From: Methanopyrus kandleri AV19
Lineage (GTDB): Archaea > JAADCQ01 > Methanopyri > Methanopyrales > Methanopyraceae
Assembly (NCBI RefSeq): GCF_000007185.1
Contig: NC_003551.1
Coordinates: 1,350,001-1,382,000 of the forward strand
Direction of reading: 5' to 3'
DNA length: 32,000 nt
Below are positions 25,476-32,000 of the stretch, piece by piece. A program made the position numbers and the translations under genes. Under the pieces are notes generated by a model. The model was given only the letters and a program-made list of their open reading frames with translations. It made no database searches and was not told the DNA's origin. Positions within the stretch are counted from its first letter, which is position 1. The number at the start of each line of letters is the position of its first letter.

Positions 25476-26102
25476 GTGACGACCGGGATGACGGCGTCGA
25501 CCCTGATAACAGAGTCGACCTTCGACGCTCTCTCCGGCCTGGAACCACCACCCGAAGTCGGTATCCTCGTGATCACGGCGGTCATCGCCACCGTCCCGAC
25601 GGTCGTGGCGATCCGCATCGGCGGGATACTGGGCAGGGTGGTGGCGTACTTCCTGACCGTGGCCCTGACGTTCTCGGCCTTACCGCTGATCTTGCACATC
25701 CAACGGGGTCTTGAGCTCGGTCCCCGGGAACTGCTGACGCTCGCCCTGATGATGTCCACGTGCTCGCTCTCGATCCTGAGACTGGCGACGGAGGGGTTGA
25801 AGCTCACCCTCGGGAGCGCCGTGGCCGTGGTCAACCTGGCCGGCGGCTTCGCGCTGCTGGTCGTGGCCGTCACGGGAGGTTGGGAATCCCTCGAGCTGGC
25901 CCTGAGCTCCCATCACTGGTTCCGGCTCATGGTGGTGCCCGCCATCCTGACGGTGTTGACCTACTGGGTCTACGTGGCCGTCAGGGACGTCCTGGACTGG
26001 TTGCGGGGACGTCGCGCCGACCCGCGGGACCTGGAGGCCGCTGAAGCCCTACTCGAGGGGGTACGGGCTTGCGAGAGACGGCTGAGAAGGGTTTCCGAGT
26101 AG
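25476..26102 (+). CDS. Multi-pass membrane protein, unknown function
   Basis: 208 aa with repeated hydrophobic segments (VGILVITAVIATVPTVVAIRIGGILGRVVAYFLTVALTFSALPLIL...). Confidence 0.75.
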   Translation: MTTGMTASTLITESTFDALSGLEPPPEVGILVITAVIATVPTVVAIRIGGILGRVVAYFLTVALTFSALPLILHIQRGLELGPRELLTLALMMSTCSLSILRLATEGLKLTLGSAVAVVNLAGGFALLVVAVTGGWESLELALSSHHWFRLMVVPAILTVLTYWVYVAVRDVLDWLRGRRADPRDLEAAEALLEGVRACERRLRRVSE

Positions 26103-26947
26103 GGGCCGGGTTCCTGCACCTGGCCTCCCGGATCTCCACGGACCGCAGGGCGCGGGCCAAGGCCGAGGGGTTGACCGCCTTCGGCTCCGCGCTGCAGACG
26201 CTCTCCGTCGGGATCGCCGCCGCGCTGGGGACGCGGCTCGGCGACGGGGAGGTCGAGGTCACCAACCGCGCCGTCGAGTCCCTCGGGATCCGACCGCCTT
26301 TCGACGAGGAGAAGTACCTCCGGGGTCTGACCTCGGTGCGCGATGACCCGAACCGGGCCTACGAGACCATGTACCGGGCGCTGTGGAGGTGGCCCCGCAA
26401 GGTCTTCCGGGAGCTGCACCGGACGCTGGAGGAGGATCAGGCGGCGTTCGCGGGTATCGTGGACTACCTGTGGGAGGAGATCATACGCCAAGCCCGCGAA
26501 TCGCCAGCCCTGGACGAGTTCGTCCGCGAGGTGGGTAAGGGTTGGAAGGTCACCCGGGAGGCCGCCGAGGCGACCGGACTGGCCGGCTCGATCGCGGGGA
26601 CGGTAGGCGACCTCCTCCGACGGTCGCTGTCCCGGCTGCACGGTGGATCGGAAGGGGACCGCGATCGGTCCGAACGGCGGGACGAACACCGATCCTGGCG
26701 GCTCGGCGACGCCATCAGTCAGTACTCAGGGTCATCCGAGGGGACGTCGCCCCTTTCGAAACGTACCGGGGACGCCCCCCGAGGGCGGGGTGAGGTTGCT
26801 CGAGATCCTGGCTTTGACGGTGTTGACGGTGCCGGAAGATCCGGGGAGGTTCCTCGAACACGTCCTCGAGAACCCGAAGGTACTGCTCGCGGCGGGAGGG
26901 GGACGGGGAGGGGCCGCCGGGGGCCGTGGAGGTGGCTTCGGAGGTAG
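26069..26947 (+). CDS. Uncharacterised protein; only the part to about 26640 looks protein-coding
   Basis: LTAFGSALQTLSVGIAAALGTRLGDGEVEVTNRAVESLGIRPPFDEEKYLRGL...LGGSIAGT-type helical sequence, then low-complexity out-of-frame-like tail overlapping the next gene. Confidence 0.5.
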   Translation: MRETAEKGFRVGAGFLHLASRISTDRRARAKAEGLTAFGSALQTLSVGIAAALGTRLGDGEVEVTNRAVESLGIRPPFDEEKYLRGLTSVRDDPNRAYETMYRALWRWPRKVFRELHRTLEEDQAAFAGIVDYLWEEIIRQARESPALDEFVREVGKGWKVTREAAEATGLAGSIAGTVGDLLRRSLSRLHGGSEGDRDRSERRDEHRSWRLGDAISQYSGSSEGTSPLSKRTGDAPRGRGEVARDPGFDGVDGAGRSGEVPRTRPREPEGTARGGRGTGRGRRGPWRWLRR

Positions 26948-27713
26948 GGGCGGTGGTAGAGGTGGCGGAGCCGGTGCGAAACTGTCCCCCCGCGCGGGTG
27001 AGATCCTCGAGTCGCGAGGGAAGTTCCTCCGGGAGCTCAGGAGGCCCAGATCGAACCTGAAGTGCTGTCCGTCGCGTCACTCCGAGCGCGAACGCCGGCG
27101 ACTACTGCGCCTCTACGGGAAGGTCCGGGTGTACTACTCGACCGTACCGCCGACCCTGACGATCGGCGGTATCGTGGCGCTCCTCTCCACCCCCTTCACC
27201 GTCTTCCTGCCCCTCAGACGCGCGCTGAACCGGGTGTGGGAGAGGAGGTACGGACCCAGGTTCCGGGGCGGAGATCCACTCTGGTACCTCAGGTACCTCG
27301 ACGAGGTTCGGAGGTTCAACGAGAGGATCGCGGGGAGGCTCTGGGCGATCTCGGCGCTCAGCCTCCTGACCGTCGTGGCCGAGGGCGAGCTCTCGTACCA
27401 GGCCGCCTACGCCTTCGCCGACGCCGTGGTGGAGGGAGGAGAACCCCTGAGCGCCTTCTACGACTGGGCCGTCCTGGGGATGGAGGCACTGCTGGCCGTG
27501 TACGTGGCGACGTCCGTCGTGATCGCGCTCCACCTGGTGCGGACGAGGGACCCGAAGCACCGACGGTACTGCCCCATCTTCCGAGCCTGCTTACCCAGAC
27601 CCTACCGGAGACGGGCTTGGAGGACACTCCGGACACTGACGGTGCCGGTGTCGATCCTGCCGGTGATCACGGGGGCGTGGGCCCTGCGATGGGGTCTGTG
27701 GGTCTTGAGCTGA
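26796..27713 (+). CDS. Tandem Gly-rich membrane protein family, copy A
   Basis: LLEILALTVLTVPEDPGRFLEHVLENPKVLLAAGGGRGG...GAGAKLSPRAGEILESRGKFLRELRR...SERERRRLLRLYGKVRVYY...YAFADAVVEGGEPLSAFYDWAVLGMEALLAVYVA...TGAWALRWGLWVLS. Confidence 0.8.
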   Translation: MLEILALTVLTVPEDPGRFLEHVLENPKVLLAAGGGRGGAAGGRGGGFGGRGGGRGGGAGAKLSPRAGEILESRGKFLRELRRPRSNLKCCPSRHSERERRRLLRLYGKVRVYYSTVPPTLTIGGIVALLSTPFTVFLPLRRALNRVWERRYGPRFRGGDPLWYLRYLDEVRRFNERIAGRLWAISALSLLTVVAEGELSYQAAYAFADAVVEGGEPLSAFYDWAVLGMEALLAVYVATSVVIALHLVRTRDPKHRRYCPIFRACLPRPYRRRAWRTLRTLTVPVSILPVITGAWALRWGLWVLS

Positions 27714-27976
27714 GGCCGGACCTCGACGTCCCCTGCGGAACCGTTATTGATCGCCTAACGTTTCCCGCCGACACGACCGCGATCCCCACTCGGCGGTAGA
27801 GGTCGTCCACGAAACCTCGTGGGCGAAACGCCCGGCCGACGATCGTTTCGCCACTACCGGTGAACGGAATTCCCCCGGGATGACTCCGAAACGGATGTGC
27901 ACGACCGGAACACGCCACGGCACCCGACCGTAACGGTGAGAGCGGTGGCGTCCATGCCGGTGACCACTCGCCCAAA

Positions 27977-28888
27977 ATGAGAAACGTCGTGTTTTCCGGA
28001 GGCGCACCCCCGCGGCCCTCCGCCGATCCCGTGCCCCGGGGGATCGACGAGTTGCTGGAGCCCCTGACGCTGACGCTGCTCGCCCTCCCCGGGGACCCGG
28101 GGGATGTCCTCGGACCCGTCCTCGAGCACCCCGAGGTGTTCCCCGCCATGGGGAGGAAGGGACACGACGGGGAGCGGTGGACGGGCAGGAGGAAGCGGGT
28201 CCAGAGGGTCGACGCCAAGCTCTCCCGGGTCGGTGAGATCCTCTCGGGGAGGTCCCCCGGAACGCGGAAGGGATCCGAGCTCCGGAAGCGCTACCCGGAG
28301 CGGAAACGTGAGCGATTGCTGTCCCTATACCGAAGGGTCCGACTCTACTACCGGACCGTGTTCGACGAGCTGGTGCGACTCCTCGTCGCGCTCCTCGTCA
28401 CGTTCTTCATGGTGTGCCTCGCGGTGAAGGCCGCCGGGGAGGATTCGGTGGCGAACCTCTTCCGCCTCGCCGGGATATCTATTATCGTCGACATCGTCGC
28501 GCTGATCGCGTTCTGCGAGATCGTGCTGACGGCGGTGGAGGACTTCGCGGACGCCGTACTCGCGGGCGAGAGCCCGGAGGCCGCCCTCGACGCCTTCTAC
28601 GGCGGTGCCGTCCTGACCCTCGGTTACTCCCTGATCGCGTACGCGGCGGTCGCGCTTTGGATCGTGCGACGGACATCGAGGGAGCTCGACGTCAGGACGC
28701 TGGTTCAGGCCTCGATCCTGATCCTACCGCTCGTCGCGGGGTTCCGGGCGCTAGTGTGGGGGATGTGGGTCACGGGCAGGTACGCGGACGTGGTGCCGCA
28801 GCTCTTAGGCTTCACCTCCGTGCTGATCGTCATCTACCTGCTCGTGAGGCTGAACCTGAAACTCTCGAAGGACCGGGCGTCACCGTGA
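27977..28888 (+). CDS. Tandem membrane protein family, copy B (Gly-rich linker reduced, extra C-terminal TM)
   Basis: LLEPLTLTLLALPGDPGDVLGPVLEHPEVFPAMG...DAKLSRVGEIL...YPERKRERLLSLYRRVRLYYRTV...VEDFADAVLAGESPEAALDAFYGGAVLTLGYSLIAYAAVAL. Confidence 0.8.
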   Translation: MRNVVFSGGAPPRPSADPVPRGIDELLEPLTLTLLALPGDPGDVLGPVLEHPEVFPAMGRKGHDGERWTGRRKRVQRVDAKLSRVGEILSGRSPGTRKGSELRKRYPERKRERLLSLYRRVRLYYRTVFDELVRLLVALLVTFFMVCLAVKAAGEDSVANLFRLAGISIIVDIVALIAFCEIVLTAVEDFADAVLAGESPEAALDAFYGGAVLTLGYSLIAYAAVALWIVRRTSRELDVRTLVQASILILPLVAGFRALVWGMWVTGRYADVVPQLLGFTSVLIVIYLLVRLNLKLSKDRASP

Positions 28889-29070
28889 CGGCCACGCGAT
28901 GTCCGGCGTCACGGGGGGCACTCGGGCCTCTTCCATCGACCTAGGCCCGGGAGGGACGGCGGCCGCGCCGATATATTATCGTTCCAAAAACCCATGACCG
29001 GCCACGGCGCGACCGCACCGCCGGTGATCGGACGGCGTACGGTACCACCCGGGGTCGGGGGTTCGGCAGG

Positions 29071-30000
29071 ATGGAGCCCCTGACCCTGGTCCTGCTCGTC
29101 TTCCCTGGGGATCCGGGTGAGCACCTCGGACACGCCCTTCTGGAGCATCCGGAGATACTGTCCGCGGTGGGAGGAGGACGCGGGGGCGTGGCAGGAGGCA
29201 GAGGTGGAGGGGGTAGGGGCGGCGCCGGCGTCAAGCTCTCCCGGGCCGGTAAGGTCCTGAAGTCTCCGAAGAAGTTCTACCGGGTGCTGAAGAGGTTAAA
29301 ACGTCGGAAGCACCGTCCCGAGCGCGAACGCAGACGGTTGCTACTCCTCTACTGGAAGGTCCGGATCTACGACCGGATCGTGCCAACCGCGCTGATACTC
29401 AGCGGCTTCATCTCGTTCTTCGTCGTGCCACCCGTACTGGACTTCCTCTCCGATCGCCTGTTGAGGAAAGCGTGGGAGAGGAAGTACGGCCGCAGGTTCC
29501 GTCGTACCCGGGAGTGGCGACATCGGTGCGACTACGAGCTGTCCAGGCTCTGTGACGACGTCACCTACAGGCTCTTCCTGACCTCGTTGCTCGGCTTCCT
29601 AGTCGTCGGCGTCGAAGGCATCTTCTCGACGTGGGCCGTCGAGGCCTTCGCCGACGCCGTGCTCAGGGGGGAGGGGTTCCGGGCGGCCCTCGACGCCTTC
29701 CGGTGGTACGGTGTCCTGGGGATGGAGTACCTGCTGGCCGCGTACGCCGCGCTGTGCGTCGCGATCGCGGCCTCGGCGGTGGCGAGGACGTGGGAGAGGC
29801 GGAGGACGGAACGCCTGAGGGAGGAAGTCCGCCGTCGGCTGGGGCGTCGTCCCGAGAAGTCGGATCCGCCGAGTTGCATTCCCGAGTCCTTCAGGACCTC
29901 GGTATCGAGGGTCACCCGCGCGCTCGAGGCGCTGTTGTTGATCCTCCCGCTGGTCACGGGGACGTGGGCCCTGCGATGGGGTCTGTGGGTCCTGAGTTGA
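29071..30000 (+). CDS. Tandem Gly-rich membrane protein family, copy C
   Basis: MEPLTLVLLVFPGDPGEHLGHALLEHPEILSAVGGGRGGVAGGRGGGGRGGAGVKLSRAGKVLKSPKKFYRVLKRLKRRKHRPERERRRLLLLYWKVRIYD...VEAFADAVLRGEGFRAALDAFRWYGVLGMEYLLAAYAAL...TGTWALRWGLWVLS. Confidence 0.85.
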   Translation: MEPLTLVLLVFPGDPGEHLGHALLEHPEILSAVGGGRGGVAGGRGGGGRGGAGVKLSRAGKVLKSPKKFYRVLKRLKRRKHRPERERRRLLLLYWKVRIYDRIVPTALILSGFISFFVVPPVLDFLSDRLLRKAWERKYGRRFRRTREWRHRCDYELSRLCDDVTYRLFLTSLLGFLVVGVEGIFSTWAVEAFADAVLRGEGFRAALDAFRWYGVLGMEYLLAAYAALCVAIAASAVARTWERRRTERLREEVRRRLGRRPEKSDPPSCIPESFRTSVSRVTRALEALLLILPLVTGTWALRWGLWVLS

Positions 30001-30146
30001 GGCCGGAACCCGTGGGGTCGGGGCGCCGGAGGACCGGCCGCCGGCGTCCACGCCCGGCGATCACTTCCCCGGGATGGGGAGAGTTATGTTTCCGAAAGCG
30101 TACCGGCATGGCCCTCACCCGCGGCCCTCCTACGGGGGCCGTGTGA

Positions 30147-30862
30147 TTGCTGGAGGCCCTGGTTCTGGCCGCGTTGTCCGTGCCGGGGGACCCGGGAGAG
30201 GTCCTCGAGCGGGTCGTCGAGCACCCCGAGGTCCTCCTGGCCAAGGGAGGGGCGGTGGAGGTCGCGGCGGTGGAGGGGGCAGGGGTGGCGCCGGTGCCAA
30301 GCTCTCCCGGGCCGGTAAGGTCCTGAGGTCCCCGGGGAAGTTCCTCCGGGCGCTCAAGAAGTTCAAGGTCCGAAAGCGTTACTCGAAGCGGGAACGCAAA
30401 CGACTGCTGCTCCTCTACTGGAAGGTCCGGCTTTACTACCGGACGGTCGCCGAAGGCGTGCTACTGTACGCCTCCTTCGCGCTCGCGATCGTGATCTTCG
30501 CCCTGGACTTCCTGACGGACGACCTGGAGCTGCTCAGGGAAACCTGGTTCGAGAGGAGCCTCTACCTGACCTCCGGCGGCGCCTTTCTCGCTATCTTCGG
30601 CGAGATGGTAGTGGCAAACAGGGCCGTTTCGGCGTTCTCGGAGGCCGTGCTCAGAGGCGGGGGCCTCCCGGCGGCGCTCGGCGCCTTCCGGGCGTGGGCG
30701 GTCTACGGGATGGGGATGCTGTTAGCGATGTACGTCGCGCTCGTCCCCCTGATTATCGCGCTCACCCGGAAGGAACCCGACGTCAGGACCCTCCCGATGC
30801 TGGCGGTCCCGTTGGCCACGGGGATCTGGGCGCTGTGGTGGGGCCTGTGGGTGGTGAGTTGA
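30147..30862 (+). pseudogene. Tandem Gly-rich membrane protein family, copy D, frameshifted in the Gly-rich tract
   Basis: LLEALVLAALSVPGDPGEVLERVVEHPEVLLAKGG is in one frame; GRGGGGGRGGAGAKLSRAGKVLRSPGKFLRALKKFKVRKRYSKRERKRLLLLYWKVRLYYRTV...FSEAVLRGGGLPAALGAFRAWAVYGMGMLLAMYVAL...TGIWALWWGLWVVS is in another. Confidence 0.75.
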
Positions 30863-31062
30863 GGGTGATCCGGTCCCGTGCCGGCGGTCTCCGCACCCGC
30901 CCGAAGGTCGAACCCGGGAGTTCGATCCGGCGGTACCCGCGGGGGGTGTCAACGGGGGTGTCGTCGTCCACCGAGGCGGACAACGTTTAGCGCTCCCGCG
31001 AGGCCCCCGGTCCCTCACACCGATCGCGGATGGTAACCGCACGGAACGCCCGAGGAGGGGAG

Positions 31063-31686
31063 TGTCCCGTGCACCACACCGCGTCCGAGATGCTGGCGGT
31101 AGGCGCCGCGCTGGGCGTGAGCGGCGGGCTGGCCCCGGGTCCGCTGCAGGCGCTCATCGTGGCGGAGACGCTCGGGAACGGCCTGCGGGCCGGGCTGGCG
31201 GTGGCCGTGGTCCCCGTGATCACGGACGGTCCGCTGGTCACGGCCGCGGGGTTGGCGGCCGCGCGGCTCCCCGGCTGGGTCCTCCGGTACCTCGGACTCG
31301 CGGGGTCCGCCGTCCTGGCCTACATGGGGCTGTCGCTGATCAGGGAGGCGGACTCGGCCGAACCCGCGCGGTCGGAGGGCGCCGGGTCCTCGCTGCGGCG
31401 CGCCGTGGTCGTCAACCTGCTGAACCCACACCCCTACGTGTTCTGGCTCACCGTGGGGAGCTCGATGATGGGTTCGGCACGCTCGCTCCCGGAGATGGTG
31501 GCGTTCCCCGTGGGCTTCTTCCTCGGGATCGTGAGCACCCAGGCCGGGATAGCGGTGGCCGTTCACCGCGCGCTCTCGCTGACGCCCGCCGAGCGGGTGG
31601 GCGGGGCGAGGCGGTTGTCCGGGGTCCTGCTACTCGGGGCGGCCGCCTACCTGGCCTACGTCTCGCTGCGTGACATGCCCTCCTGA
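31063..31686 (+). CDS. LysE/RhtB-family transporter-like membrane protein
   Basis: AVGAALGVSGGLAPGPLQALIVAETLGNGLRAGLAVAVVPVITDGPLV...VNLLNPHPYVFWLTVG...FPVGFFLGIVSTQAGIAVAVHRA. Confidence 0.85.
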   Translation, partial: CPVHHTASEMLAVGAALGVSGGLAPGPLQALIVAETLGNGLRAGLAVAVVPVITDGPLVTAAGLAAARLPGWVLRYLGLAGSAVLAYMGLSLIREADSAEPARSEGAGSSLRRAVVVNLLNPHPYVFWLTVGSSMMGSARSLPEMVAFPVGFFLGIVSTQAGIAVAVHRALSLTPAERVGGARRLSGVLLLGAAAYLAYVSLRDMPS

Positions 31687-32000
31687 GCGATGACGCTCGC
31701 CCTCTACCCCCGGCGGCTCCCGTCCGGCCTCGAGCTGTACTCGATCGGACCTCATTCGACGCGGCACCGACCGTGTGAGGGGAACGCGCCGGTCCACTCC
31801 ACTCAACGCGAACCCGACATTCCGCCGGACCGTAGGTAGGGCTCCGCCCGGCTCGGAGACGGCACCTTCTCCGTGCAGATGACCGTCTTCGGGTTCCCGC
31901 TCACCTACTCGCTGGGAGGGTCCTGCCTGATCTCATTCTGGGTCTCCATGATCCGTGTCAGCGACTGGCTCGAACGGCCCTCCAGCTGTCCGTACGAACC

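Noticed and set aside
31688-32000. Possible coding segment MTLALYPRRLPSG... and VQMTVFGFPLTYSLGGSCLISFWVSMIRVSDWLERPSSCPYE at the right edge
   Set aside because: Stop codons and frame changes separate the pieces, and there is no recognisable motif. Could be another remnant, but unsupported without more sequence.
1-32000. tRNA, rRNA and transposase/IS elements
   Set aside because: Scanned by eye for T-loop GGTTCGAATCC-type sequences, rRNA blocks, DDE or serine-recombinase motifs and terminal inverted repeats; none found convincingly. Covariance-model searches were not possible.

Overview
The window is GC-rich archaeal DNA. Composition, codon use, GTG/TTG starts, GGTGA-type ribosome-binding sites and a CobN/BchH-type chelatase suggest a Methanopyrus kandleri-like hyperthermophilic methanogen; this is inferred and was not searched. 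Recognisable content: a YdjM/DUF457-like membrane hydrolase, a CRISPR array with 11 clear repeats plus one probable relic and no cas genes in view, a DUF6788-like protein, a frameshifted PLD-like (HKD) protein, a radical SAM/SPASM protein, a secreted transglutaminase-like protein, a large CobN/BchH-like protein and a LysE/RhtB transporter. Much of the rest is secreted or membrane protein of unknown function. Three observations stand out. (1) A lineage-specific surface system pairs or fuses an extracellular beta-rich domain with a PrsW/CPBP-like intramembrane-protease-like domain. I see four versions (1.0-2.7 kb, 7.8-10.4 kb, 10.5-12.2 kb decayed, 19.1-20.7 kb) and a solo extracellular copy (17.3-18.3 kb). 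(2) Four tandem paralogous Gly-rich membrane genes lie at 26.8-30.9 kb. (3) Disrupted genes are unusually frequent, including an in-frame TAG at 1690, an in-frame TGA at 4689-4691, a one-base frameshift in the PLD-like gene at about 15656, a 14-bp tandem duplication at 21482-21509 that splits the transglutaminase, and a frameshift in a Gly-rich tract at about 30245. The ORF track hides these because each disrupted gene appears as two ORFs or one truncated ORF. All family assignments are by eye from motifs.
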